Source: Dimorphilus gyrociliatus (lineage: Eukaryota; Animalia; Annelida). Taken from it: a DNA stretch of 64,000 nt. The translations under genes were made by a program, and so were the position numbers. Positions 25,079 to 36,073 of the stretch are shown here, in pieces. The notes beneath the pieces are model-generated. The model did not search any database. It saw only the letters and a list, made by a program, of their open reading frames with translations, and had not been told where the DNA came from. Each line of letters begins with the position of its first letter. The stretch's first letter is position 1. The DNA lies in assembly GCA_904063045.1 (NCBI GenBank), contig CAJFCJ010000011.1:451100-515099 (forward strand), written 5' to 3'.

Positions 25079-28000
25079 ATGAGCGAAAAAACTCCTGGAC
25101 ATAGTAAAGCAACTCCGATTAAACCTTCGGACTTAAAAAGGCACGTCATTTTCCTCGACGTGCAAGGATATTCGAATTCTTCCAATTTAGAAAAGTATCT
25201 AACGCAACTTGGTGCCAAAATCGACAAATTTTTGTCAAAAGATGTCACATGCGTCGTTACAAATCGCAAGGAAACGAAATCTGATACTAGCCTCGCCGGC
25301 GAAGATGGAATTTACATGTCAAGATCGCAAATTATGCTCAACAAATCGAAAGAAGTGAATAAAAACGCTAAATCAATGAATCCTGTCGAACGAGCTAAAA
25401 AACTAGGAATTCGAATATGTAAATTATCAGAAATTTTGAAGTTGATAAATTCTACTGGTTTAAACAAACGTTCGTCGTCTTCGGAATCTGTTCGCTTTCA
25501 ACACCTAACCGATTGCTTCATAAAAATCGATGATAGCAACAGCGGATTAAAGCCTGTGTACCAAAAATTGTCTAGTATGCCGACGGTAGAGTTAACACGT
25601 TCCGGATCTCCATTCTTAACAACGGAAGATGAAAAGGAGGAGAAAGGAAGTGATAAAAAATCGGAAGTATCGAAAGAAACTAAGACGTTATCAAAAGATA
25701 GTATTTCGGCCGCTTCTACTAAATCTAAACCAACAAAAAAAGAGAGAAAAGCCTCTAAGAAGAAGGAGAACACTTATTGCGAATGTTGTAACACTGTATT
25801 TACTAATTTAGAGGAGCATTTAAAATCCAATGTTCACAAGGCCTACTTAAATTCGAAATCAAATTTCACTAATTTGGAAGAGACGCTCCGGGAGATACCG
25901 ACTGTGGATAGACTTGTTGAAGAATCTCAGAATAAGCGCGTCAAAACAAAAGGTGCTATGAAATTTATGCAAAATCCTCAAATTCTAGCCGAGCTAAACG
26001 ACGTCAGTGAGAAACCGGAGGAGAAACAGTCGAAAAGAAATAGTATTGTCGTGACGGAAAAGAATGGAGAATTATTTAGCTCTGAGATACGTGCTACCGT
26101 TATAAAATGCTCACCCGCTAAAGAGGGGAAATCTCCGACTCGTGCATTTAAGGAGCATGATAAGCGTTCATCGTCTTGTGAATCCAGAAAGCAGAAGGAA
26201 AGGAAACATCAAAAATCTGATTTGAACTCATCTAGGCAAAAAGAGAAAAGAGAAGATAATAAGGTTAAAGAACGAAAGAAATCCGAGAGATCACAAGGTG
26301 GAAAGGAAAAATCTAGTCAGGAAAGTGAAACTGATAGAAAAAGTAATCAAAAGGCTCAAAACGTTCTTCGTCGGGTAATAGATGACGACTCACTAATTTC
26401 TGCCATTTTAAACGAGAAGGCTTCTGAAAATTGTTCTATATGGCGTAGACCAACTACCAAGGTCAATTACAAATCGCCTGATAATTTTGATTGGCCGGAT
26501 AAGGCAGAGAAGAAGCCTAAGAAAAGTCCTGCGAATGATTCCAAATCTAAGAAGAGGAGTAAGAGCTCAAAGGATACTGATAAGAAAGACAAAATTCAGC
26601 GTTCAACTCCACCTTTCGACAAAACTGCAGATAATTCAAAGTCTTCATCAAAGTCTGGCGGATCTAAGAAAGGCAAAATAGGCACCGATAATGATGATGA
26701 AGTAATTAGTTTTAAAAAGAAATCGAAATCAAAATTGGATACGTCGTCAGAGGTCGAAAAAAGTCCGAAAAAGAAGCCCAAGCCAAAAAGAATTCGAATA
26801 ACTTCTAGTAGCAGTAGTTCCGAGGCAGAAAATAATGAAGAAGAAAAAGTTCCGGAGAAAACTGCTGAAATAAAAATCCCTTTCTGTTGGGATGATTTCA
26901 ACTCCAGTGAAAGCGATGATTCAGACTCAGATTGGTCAGAAGCTGAGAAAAAGAAATCTAAAGCTAAGAAAAAATCAAAACGTCATCCCCCAGCATCAAA
27001 GAAAGATAAAACTGCTCTTATTTCATCACCGCGGAGTAAAAGAGATAATAGTGAGGCTGATGCTTTCCTTCGCCGTAAGGAACTAATGGCTAATCAACCA
27101 AAAAAGAAGTCCAAGGGGAAAAATTTAGCTAATTATGAAAAGTATGTTAAGAAAGTAGAAGAAGAGGAAAAGAATTCAAAGAAGAAAAAAGAACCTGCAA
27201 AAACGGAAGTTTCTCTTCCAACTCCCATGAAAAATTGTAGCTTACAGTTTGACTCTTCTGACGATGAAACACCAAAAATCGACATGAATACTCTATTAAA
27301 CTTCGATAAAGATTCATCTCCATCAAATTCACCTGACTTTTTAGATCAATCTCCCCTTATACCTGATGATGCCTATTTAAATGATGTCTTGAATCATCTG
27401 GGTTCAATTGAAGATAATAATGAAACACCTTCAGAGACACCTATAAGCAGTGTTCCTCCAGCAACGCCATCGTCACAAAGGGTTCCCCAGCAGACTCCAA
27501 ATTACGTACCGTCTACTCCAGCCGAGTGCGATCAGCCTATGTCTGTCGAGACCTTTTGTGCTCCATCTGTCTACGCATCCCAGACTCCTGATTATGCGGC
27601 AACACCTTATTCCGTGCCACCTGGCTCAGTCGCCCAGCCTCCATCGATCCCAATGCAAGATCCAATGACTCCTTGCCCTATTGTCACCAAAAGTCATGTG
27701 ACAAATGCCGACTTTGAGGAGACACTAGAAATGATTGATGACTTTCAGAGAAAGGAAAATGTCACTGCTTTAACAGTTGAACAGCAAGAGATTTTGAATT
27801 CATCTTTGAATTTTTTGAATGAGCCTTTAGATGGGGCAGGTCAAATAGCTAACAATGAACAAGAGTTTCATGATCTGGAATTGGTTCTTGAGGGCCTATC
27901 TCATAGTAACGCTCCCCCAACAACTTCTTTAAGGGAAGAGTCTATCGAAAAAATACTATGTTTAAATGAACAGAAAAAAGAAGTTGTTGAAGAACCAAAA

Positions 28001-30742
28001 CAAACATCTGAAACTTTACATTCTGAATCAACTGATATTTCTGACGACGAGCACGAGTTCAATTTGGCTAGCGAACATAATCGTCGCTCGTCGCAACTTG
28101 CTAGTCCATCTTCATCTTCCATTGACGAACTGAAACAAGATGTAGAGGTAACAGAGAAAACAGAAGTAAATGAATTAAAAGAAGTATCTGAATTAAAGGA
28201 AGTAAATGAGTTAAAGGAATTAAATGAAATTAGGAAAGATAGGGAATTCAAGGACGTTAGTGATATAAAAGAGACAGAGAAAGCGGAAGAAACACCTGTG
28301 AAATTTGAACAAAGTGAAAAAGAACAATCAAATGCACCCGTTATTGATTTGGCAAAAGTTGCTGAGGAAGTCGGAATCAGTGAATCAATTGATGAAGGAC
28401 ATGCTGAAGCTCAAAGGCCCATTGAAACGCCATCATCTGCCTTTCCCATGCAAGAAGTTTTGAACATGGCTCCAATTCATCAACAATCTGCTTTTGAACC
28501 TCCACCACCTCATCCTCCAGTTCAGTTTTTTCCAATGCAACCTGGATCTAACTTACATCCATTACCTCAGAACTTTTTGGCAAATCAATCACTTATACAG
28601 CCGAATTTTAATTACAAGCTGAATTTAATATCAAAACCAACTGATTTGGTTAATCAGATTCAGCGACCTCCGCCGACAGTTACTACTGCTTCAATTCCTA
28701 CTTCTGCTGTAACGCCCCTTAGTGAACAATTACCTGTTGCCCATTCATTATCTCATCATAGTCATCCCCTACCGCACTACGATCTTCGACCCACTTTGCC
28801 TTTAAAGCAAGCACCCTTCGACTCAATGAAGATGGATTTAAACGCTCATATGATGCAGCAATCTACAGTCGTCCAGAATCTTATGAGACAACAAAGTGTT
28901 ACGCCACAGCCACCAAAAAAGGCCGCTGCAGCTGTAGAGAAGAAGCGATTAGCGGCCGAGAAACTGAAAAACGCAGAAGATAACTCTGGGGACAGCAGCA
29001 AGTATTCAACTATAGACGAAGGAATTTGTCAGCAGTTAGACTTAGGTGTTTTTGGCAACGAAAGTATAAACATCCAAAAAGAACCAGAGAGACCCATAAG
29101 TCCTATGAAATTACCTATGGAATCTCCAAAATCAAGAACTCCCCTTGCAGGTCCCATCTACTCGCCAGTCACTCCTGCCGAACCTTCCCCGAAACCTCTC
29201 CCTAAATCCTCCACTGATTCTCCTGCAAACAAATCAGACGAAAAGTTAGAAACACAAATCGAAACACAGAAGAATATTATACAAGAAACAACCAAAGAAA
29301 GGGAAATATCCTCTCCACCTCCCCGTCCACCCTCCCCTCCCCCTCCCGAGCCCTCTATCCCCAAGACCCTCTCAGTCCCCATTGCAGTTCCTAAAACCAT
29401 ACCCTCAGTAGATCCATCACCTTCACAGAATGTTCCTTCAGTAGCTACCTCGACAGTTGTTGCTGAAATTGAGCATAAATTAGACGTAACAAACCCTTCG
29501 AAGAAAGGTGGTTTAGATAGCATTATATCTAAAATTGAAGCCACAAATGTGAAACGTAAAGAAACACCATCAACTCCAAAAGCTGAGTCAAAAATTATCG
29601 CCGATAATAACCTACCGTCTAGTCACAAGCGAAAGGCATCCACACCTCAACGCCGAAAGAGCTGTCACGAAACGCTCTCAGGAAGCCAATTTACATTTCC
29701 TAAATACTTTATTCCTCCTTCGCCAGAGCCACCGCCCAAGCCATCCGCTTCAAGCGAAATATGTAAGCCCTTAAAGAAACGGCATTTACAATTGGCTGAA
29801 TATTTTGAACAAACGGAAACGAAGGAAGATACAGTTGAAAAAGAAAAACCACAAGTGAAAATTGAAAGGCGTCAAACGCGATCATCTACGAGATTGCAAA
29901 CGGAAGCCGTTAAAGAAAAAGAGAAGTCGAAGCCGAAAGTTTCTGAAAAGCCTACATGTAGTAAAAAGAAGGAAAAAGAAGAGAGGCCAAAGCCTCAGTC
30001 TGTTAAAAAAATTCCTCCCAACCTCACTGAATCGTCAAACGATGATGTTCTAGTCAAGGTTACGGTAGCGTCAGCAAATAAACTTAAGATAAAGCGGTTT
30101 GTGAAGAAACCGAAAAACTCTCTTTCAACCAATGAATCCTCCTCACCGACCAAGCCTAATAAGGCGGAACAAAAGGAGGATATTTACGATTTTGATAAGC
30201 AATCCGACGTTATCGAAACAATTGCTGTAAAAGGTCAGCAGACTCCGCAGCCGAATCCGCTACCAATTCCACAATTGAATCCCCAGACGCTTGTCATGCC
30301 TAAACTTAAAATAAAACGTATTAACTCTGATACGCCTGAAGGTAGTACGGATGATTATGAAATTGAGAAAAATGATGGTGAAGTTTCAGAAAAAGTAGAA
30401 AAGATGGCTGGTAAAAGAAAACGCCATAAAGAACATAAAAAGAAGAAAAAACGTCGAAAGTCAGCGGAATCACAGTCTATTTTAGAAACAACTGAGGGTA
30501 TTAAATTGACTATTAAAACTGTAAAGCCGCCAAATGACTTAAAAGAACCTACGGTGGAAAATAACGCCGGAAGTGGTATAAAATTAAAAATTAAGCTGCC
30601 AAAAAACGGGGAACATTCGGGGAGTGAGGGGGTAGAACGAAGATCGAAAAAACATCGTAAACGAAGGCCCTTCGAAGATGACGACGACCAAACGTCCATC
30701 GAGAAGAAGCATAAATTAGATTATATCCGCTCTATACTTTGA
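25079..30742 (+). CDS. DBF4: Dbf4-type zinc finger protein (Dbf4/ASK/Chiffon-like CDC7 activator) with ~1600-aa low-complexity C-terminal extension; single 5664-nt exon
   Basis: N-terminal BRCT-like motif-N (KRHVIFLDVQGYSNSSNLEKYLTQLGAKIDKFLSKDVTCVVTN). Dbf4-type zinc finger YCECCNTVFTNLEEHLKSNVHKAYLNSKSNFTNLEETL matches the zf-DBF consensus YCExC...F..L..H..S..H. The remainder is K/E/S/P-rich with NLS-like KKKKRRK stretches. No motif-M was recognised by eye. Confidence 0.7.
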   Translation: MSEKTPGHSKATPIKPSDLKRHVIFLDVQGYSNSSNLEKYLTQLGAKIDKFLSKDVTCVVTNRKETKSDTSLAGEDGIYMSRSQIMLNKSKEVNKNAKSMNPVERAKKLGIRICKLSEILKLINSTGLNKRSSSSESVRFQHLTDCFIKIDDSNSGLKPVYQKLSSMPTVELTRSGSPFLTTEDEKEEKGSDKKSEVSKETKTLSKDSISAASTKSKPTKKERKASKKKENTYCECCNTVFTNLEEHLKSNVHKAYLNSKSNFTNLEETLREIPTVDRLVEESQNKRVKTKGAMKFMQNPQILAELNDVSEKPEEKQSKRNSIVVTEKNGELFSSEIRATVIKCSPAKEGKSPTRAFKEHDKRSSSCESRKQKERKHQKSDLNSSRQKEKREDNKVKERKKSERSQGGKEKSSQESETDRKSNQKAQNVLRRVIDDDSLISAILNEKASENCSIWRRPTTKVNYKSPDNFDWPDKAEKKPKKSPANDSKSKKRSKSSKDTDKKDKIQRSTPPFDKTADNSKSSSKSGGSKKGKIGTDNDDEVISFKKKSKSKLDTSSEVEKSPKKKPKPKRIRITSSSSSSEAENNEEEKVPEKTAEIKIPFCWDDFNSSESDDSDSDWSEAEKKKSKAKKKSKRHPPASKKDKTALISSPRSKRDNSEADAFLRRKELMANQPKKKSKGKNLANYEKYVKKVEEEEKNSKKKKEPAKTEVSLPTPMKNCSLQFDSSDDETPKIDMNTLLNFDKDSSPSNSPDFLDQSPLIPDDAYLNDVLNHLGSIEDNNETPSETPISSVPPATPSSQRVPQQTPNYVPSTPAECDQPMSVETFCAPSVYASQTPDYAATPYSVPPGSVAQPPSIPMQDPMTPCPIVTKSHVTNADFEETLEMIDDFQRKENVTALTVEQQEILNSSLNFLNEPLDGAGQIANNEQEFHDLELVLEGLSHSNAPPTTSLREESIEKILCLNEQKKEVVEEPKQTSETLHSESTDISDDEHEFNLASEHNRRSSQLASPSSSSIDELKQDVEVTEKTEVNELKEVSELKEVNELKELNEIRKDREFKDVSDIKETEKAEETPVKFEQSEKEQSNAPVIDLAKVAEEVGISESIDEGHAEAQRPIETPSSAFPMQEVLNMAPIHQQSAFEPPPPHPPVQFFPMQPGSNLHPLPQNFLANQSLIQPNFNYKLNLISKPTDLVNQIQRPPPTVTTASIPTSAVTPLSEQLPVAHSLSHHSHPLPHYDLRPTLPLKQAPFDSMKMDLNAHMMQQSTVVQNLMRQQSVTPQPPKKAAAAVEKKRLAAEKLKNAEDNSGDSSKYSTIDEGICQQLDLGVFGNESINIQKEPERPISPMKLPMESPKSRTPLAGPIYSPVTPAEPSPKPLPKSSTDSPANKSDEKLETQIETQKNIIQETTKEREISSPPPRPPSPPPPEPSIPKTLSVPIAVPKTIPSVDPSPSQNVPSVATSTVVAEIEHKLDVTNPSKKGGLDSIISKIEATNVKRKETPSTPKAESKIIADNNLPSSHKRKASTPQRRKSCHETLSGSQFTFPKYFIPPSPEPPPKPSASSEICKPLKKRHLQLAEYFEQTETKEDTVEKEKPQVKIERRQTRSSTRLQTEAVKEKEKSKPKVSEKPTCSKKKEKEERPKPQSVKKIPPNLTESSNDDVLVKVTVASANKLKIKRFVKKPKNSLSTNESSSPTKPNKAEQKEDIYDFDKQSDVIETIAVKGQQTPQPNPLPIPQLNPQTLVMPKLKIKRINSDTPEGSTDDYEIEKNDGEVSEKVEKMAGKRKRHKEHKKKKKRRKSAESQSILETTEGIKLTIKTVKPPNDLKEPTVENNAGSGIKLKIKLPKNGEHSGSEGVERRSKKHRKRRPFEDDDDQTSIEKKHKLDYIRSIL
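28164..28232 (+). repeat. Coding tandem repeat, ~4 x 18 bp (gaagtaaatgaattaaaa variants) encoding VNELKE/VSELKE/VNELKE/LNEIRK
   Basis: Direct reading of the sequence within the DBF4-like ORF. Confidence 0.6.
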
Positions 30743-31860
30743 CAAGAAAAATAGGAAAAAAGACGCCGACAGAGTACTAACACAGTATTTTTTTAGAAGA
30801 TGGGAAAAGAAGAATAGTTTTGTATTCGAGATCCTGGTGAGGAATAAGGGGAAAATAGTCGCTCCTTTTTCCTTTTATTTTATTTTTCTTCTGTGTGTAC
30901 GTCTGACCGTTTACAGTCGCTTTAGCTGCTATTTTCGTTCATTAGTTATTGTTATTCTAAAAAGAGGAATAAATTCTTCGTATAGAGATGTAAATAAACG
31001 TAAAAAGTTCCATATGCTGAAAACAAACAAATACATCAATATTTAATAAATACAAATTTTATGAAAGAAACTTTCTCATTCTGACTATTAGTCGAAAATT
31101 ATCGATCTGTCTAAAGCCTCTGAAATTGTTAATTTACAGATAAATATCGGGTTACAGGGAAAAAGGAAAAGAATTTACCTTGTTTCCCAGTCTAGTGTTT
31201 CATTTCTACAAAGCTAAGTATGTTTAAGAACATTTAAAGAATTAATACTAGTGTATAAACACCATGCGCATGTTAGCTTTCTCCCTTTGGTTTAGTCATA
31301 TTAAAGAAGCCCGAAGAAAATTTCTCTGATCTTGCAGTACAAAGAATATTGCGATTGAAGAAGAAAGAGAGAAAGAATACAATTACTTAAAAAATGACCG
31401 CAATAGAGAGAGCATCGAATAAGACAACTAATAGTTTGCCTGTTAAGCCTATAAATATAAATTGAGTTTTATTCTTTACAAACTTAGGCATATATTCGTT
31501 AATGAAATAAAAAAAATAACTCAATTCATGTTATACCTTCGTTAAAGGAAAGCTCAAGATCATGAATAAAATAGATCATTGTTTGTTTTATAATTATCTT
31601 AAAGAGTTATTCGATCATGTAAAAACAGCATCTAATTCTCTCGCTATAGCTTCTTTGGGTTGACTTTGATTACTACAGCAAAATCCGAATGATCCGCTTC
31701 AATTTCAATACAAAAAAAAATTTTTTTTCTCTCTTTCGAAGAGAGAATGATAAAGGAATAAAATGGGTTAAATTTAGTATTACGCTTTTAAATAAATCCA
31801 TTTTGATGATTTGGTTATGTCAACAACAACACATATTTAATTTCCATGTTCAGTTTCCAT

Positions 31861-31920
31861 TCATCTAATATATATATATATATATATACTGTATATAAAG
31901 TGTATATATACAGTATATGT
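31861..31920. repeat. (TA)n microsatellite flanked by inverted copies of the recurrent TATATACAGTATATA palindromic motif
   Basis: atatatatatatatatatactgtatataaagtgtatatatacagtatatg. Confidence 0.8.
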
Positions 31921-32440
31921 TTTTATAAATTTATTAGTAAAGATAAAAGAAATGGAGAGAAAGACTGTAAATAATTTCTTAAAGATTTCTTATATTGCTT
32001 ATAATGGTTTTAAGAAATTAAATTCTTCAGTTTCCTTTTACTAAAATGGATATTAAATCTCTCTGGAACTAGTTGGACAGATATTTAATTCGGTATATTT
32101 GAAATTGTTTTCGTGGGAGAGACGTTGCTTAATTTTTCTTGTGTCCCTAGAAAGATTCAAGGTGGATTAAGGGTCATTTTGTGTTGCCAGTCGCTATGCT
32201 GTTCGAATTTTTTGCCAGCTAATTATAGGCTGTCTTGCGATGTTATTTTTTTTATAAGCGCAAAATCTAGGAGGCGCTTTATAATTAAAAAAAATGAATC
32301 AATAGCATATTCTATTTTTACATGTTTTTAACCAACTTATTTATCTTATGTGAAACATAAAAAAAATTAAAGTATATCATAAAATGTATATGTTATTTAA
32401 AAATAGTTAGTTAGTTGTACAGAACAAGAAAGGCTAAAAG

Positions 32441-32453
32441 AGATAGATAGATG

Positions 32454-32487
<34 letters not shown>

Positions 32488-32489
32488 GA
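32441..32489. repeat. (GATA)n tetranucleotide microsatellite, ~11 units, followed by (GA)n
   Basis: agatagatagatggatagatagatagatagatagatagatagatagagagggagag. Confidence 0.9.
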
Positions 32490-33407
32490 GGGAGAGAACA
32501 TCAGTAAAGCGAGGATTTGGAATATAATGAGGCTCATTATAGCTATTTTAATCGTCATTGCTTTCTCAAAAAGTTTGTCTCATTTATCTCATTTGTCATG
32601 TAATTAAGTCCTTAAATATTACAAATAATAGTCCTGATGATCATAACAGTGAGAATAATTGTGTATTTTTTGAAAACCTTCGGGATCCCACAGTGATTCG
32701 TTAGCGATTTCTATTTATATACGTATTTATCGTGTAGTATACTAGTAGATTAAAAACTGTATTCATCACAAACGCAGCATGCACGCTAACTTCAAAATTT
32801 TATTAAATTTTCTAGATAATGACATGACTAGTCTGCTCGTCCTATAAAAAAAACACTGAAGGTCAAAGCTCTAAAAACCTCTAATTTCCTAACATAACAA
32901 ATATTATTAGAGTATGCCTATAGTATAGATCTATTATTTTTTATATATTAAAAAAGATTCATATAATTTGTCGGTTCCAGCGATGTAGCCTCGTATTGAG
33001 ACGAACTTAATTAATAATTCATTGTGATCTTAAAAGTTGGAAAAAAGGGCAACGGATAATAATATATCAGTAGTGCCATCTATTTTTTAATAGAATAATT
33101 ATAAATGCGCATTAATCCTTATAATAAGTCATACGTTTGTTTACCAACTATACTACTGTTCGAGAAGATTTAAAATGAATAAAATATAAATGATTGAACA
33201 ATATCTATAAAAGATGTACGCAAATTTGAAAAAGTATTAAAGGGAAAATTGATTTGTCTATATCTTTTTCGAATTTAAAAACAATAGCCCAAAAAAAGGA
33301 TTAAAAAAAATAGAGAGAGAGAAAACGAGAGCGATTTTAAGTGGATAACGATATTTCTATTTATATTTGGCTTATAGTTCTAAAATACAGTTAAAAGATT
33401 ATATATT

Positions 33408-34570
33408 ATGGAAAATCAACAAGTGTTAGTTTTAAAGGAAGGGCATTTAGAAAATGTAGATAATTATTTTATGAGATTATGTATAATTAGAAATAAAATA
33501 GCATTTGAGATGCTAAACGCAAGAAAGAACTTTAAATTAGCAACCTCTTCAAAATTATCTATTGAAATTTATGAAATGGATAGCTATATTAGTCATTTAA
33601 GGTGGCTACTGCTAATAGATTATATACAACCTAGTCTTGATTTCTATGTTCTTAATGGTTCGAATAGAGAGTTTGTAAAGATATTACAATCTTATAAAGT
33701 AAAGTTAGAAGATAGAAAGAATTTATGGGGTACATTTAATTCTCCATTTACTGAGGTTTCGCTAAAATTTTTCAACACTTTAGGCTATGTGTTTCTTTTT
33801 TTCTATTATAATAAATCTTTTCTTCACCTTACATAGACATTTGAAGCTGAGCGTACTCTTATTGATTATGGCCTATTAAATAATCATATAAATCATTGTA
33901 AGAAAAACAATTATTTATCTAAAGTCGATAAACCATCAAATGATTCTATTAAAATGGACATTAATAAAATACTATTAGATCAAGTTTATAATTCAGAGGA
34001 AAACGGGCGATTTGATCAATTTATCAATCTTCAAGATGTTATAACTGGTAATCCAATGCTTGTTGATATATTTGATGAAAATATCTTACAAAATATTTAT
34101 ATATGGAAATGGGTTATTACTATTTTATGAAATTAATTAATAAGATTTTTCTAATTAATATTCATAACATTTTTATAGAAAATTTTCTTTCCTAAAAATG
34201 CTAAGATAATGGATAGAAATGACCCAGCTAATCTTATTGATGCTTCTGATTATATACCTTTAGAATTTTCACAAAATATTAACTCTAAAGGATTGTTTAG
34301 CCATTTTAGAGGAAAAGTAATGTTTATAAATATATTATTTATTAGATAAGGAAATATTACTTTCGAAATATTTCGCTTCTTATTGAAAAAAAGCCTTTTA
34401 TAATTTTATCAGTATAATTCTTTTCTTATCAAACCAGACCTTAGAAAGGAAAATGAATTTATCTTTATTTTCTTTGTGATCAAAACATTTCTTTTTTTTT
34501 TCTTTTTCGATTTTTACAGTATAAATATCCGAGGCGATTCGAGAAGAATCAATACGAATTTGGAGAATGA
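33408..34570 (+). CDS. Hypothetical multi-exon gene (>=4 exons), no family recognised
   Basis: ORF 33408-33836 (142 aa). Acceptor ttacatag at ~33836 continues TFEAERTLIDYGLLNNHINHCKK...ENILQNIYIWKWVITIL. Further candidate exons are FPKNAKIMDRNDPANLIDASDYIPLEFSQNINSKGLFSHFRGK (GTAATG donor) and YKYPRRFEKNQYEFGE*. Exon linkage is not verified. Confidence 0.3.
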
Positions 34571-35002
34571 TTCATGATCGATGGATTCTACTAGTTTTCT
34601 TCCTGATTACAAAGGGAACTATTAATTGTAAACCAGTTTTTTATTATACACTTTTTTCTACTATATTATACAAGAAAACTTTATGATTGCTTTATTAACT
34701 ACTTCCCCGTCTTCTCATTGTCATCATTATCATTATCATTTTATGCTTACTCCTTTTTTTAATCTCTATTGGAGACTAGAGCAATTTTTTGTTTATTTAT
34801 AAAATATAAGCTTAAAAGTAGAATTAAAGACAATGGAAAACTAATTAAGAGCCAATGTTCAATACTGTTGTAATTGTCATTCACTTGGTTTGATAATCAA
34901 ATTTTACTGAATTCAACTAATTTTTAGGTTTTATTGTCAATGAATAAATGATCGTAAATTTTCTCCCTAGAGAAATATGTTAGCTGATTGACTGTATTCA
35001 TA

Positions 35003-35849
35003 CTATTTATTCATACTTTCGTAAGAGAGGCTGTCACTTCGACTTCGAGCTATTTTTTGTCTAATTACTCTTTTAACAGTAGTAAGAGTAGCTATAGATG
35101 GTAATCGCCTTTCTTGAGTCACGTTCATTAATGGCTTCCTTATCATTCGAACTATTATCTCTGTTGCTTCTTTGACTGACGAATAACTCTCCGATACAGA
35201 AAGCTCTCTAAAGAGGCAATTTATACTTTCCGAAAGTTTTTTGCCGTCCAACATTGAAACTTTTCTCAAATGATTCAAATCTAGTTTGTTTCCAATTAGT
35301 AGGATATTATCAGTGGGCTTTGTCCCCTTTATTCTCGTAATTATCTCTTGTGCCTCTTTTATACTACCGTCATCAGTTATACAATAGATGATTATAAATC
35401 CATCTATTTCTTCCAGATTGATATTATCCCATTGAATCTGAAAAATAAATCATGGGACTAAAGTAAATGCAATCATGTATTTATAAATATTTATTGTAGG
35501 AAGTGTGTACTTACATCGCTACAAGTATCAATCAATTCAAGGTTAACTTCATCTTTATCAATATTCATTTTACAATTATGAACTTTGTCTTTTGGGATAA
35601 ATTGAAAAAGTCATTAATCTTATCGTGTACGGTATTGTTCTAAGAATCCTCACTGACCTGGATTTGATACTATGTATTCTCCTATAAATCGTTTTGTTAA
35701 AAATCTTACTGTAAACGCTAAAATAAGTGCATTTTCAATTAATAATATTCATATTAGCTGAAAATATACTTGCCAGATTTTCCCACTTTTTTATCTCCAA
35801 ATATTCCAATCTTTATCTTGGAAAGTTTATTCTTTTGAATTAGAGACAT
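35003..35849 (-). CDS. RERG-like Ras-family small GTPase with degenerate G3 box; 4 exons (35849-35774, 35708-35658, 35588-35515, 35438-35003), first intron GC-AG
   Basis: MSLIQKNKLSKIKIGIFGDKKVGKS (P-loop) | VRFLTKRFIGEYIVSNP matches human RERG VRFLTKRFIWEYDPTLE. Then DKVHNCKMNIDKDEVNLELIDTCSD, where the G3 DTAGQ is replaced by DTCSD. Then IQWDNINLEEIDGFIIIYCITD...NILLIGNKLDL, the NKxD G4 box. Donor after GKS is G|GCAAGT (GC donor); the other donors are GTCAGT and GTAAGT. Confidence 0.75.
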
Positions 35850-36073
35850 TAAGCAAACGAATTTTTAGGAAATACAGAAGAGATTCTGCTCTCTCAGTCG
35901 TTTAAATACTTGTAGTTATATCTTTCAGATAAAATTTATAGTACTCTACCAAGTAATAAGACTTTTTTTATCGTAAAAAAAACAGAGAAGACTTAGGATT
36001 CTCTTTTTTATTTTTATAAAGTAAAATGAAGGAAATCTTTAAATATCTCTTTTTTCTTTTATTATTCAAGCTT

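Noticed and set aside
25498-30699. Multiple 60-130-codon minus-strand ORFs inside the DBF4-like exon, and similar ORFs at 53835-57680 inside GOLGA4
   Set aside because: They are antisense to long low-complexity (K/E/S-rich) coding sequence, have no start context or motifs, and overlap a far better supported sense gene.
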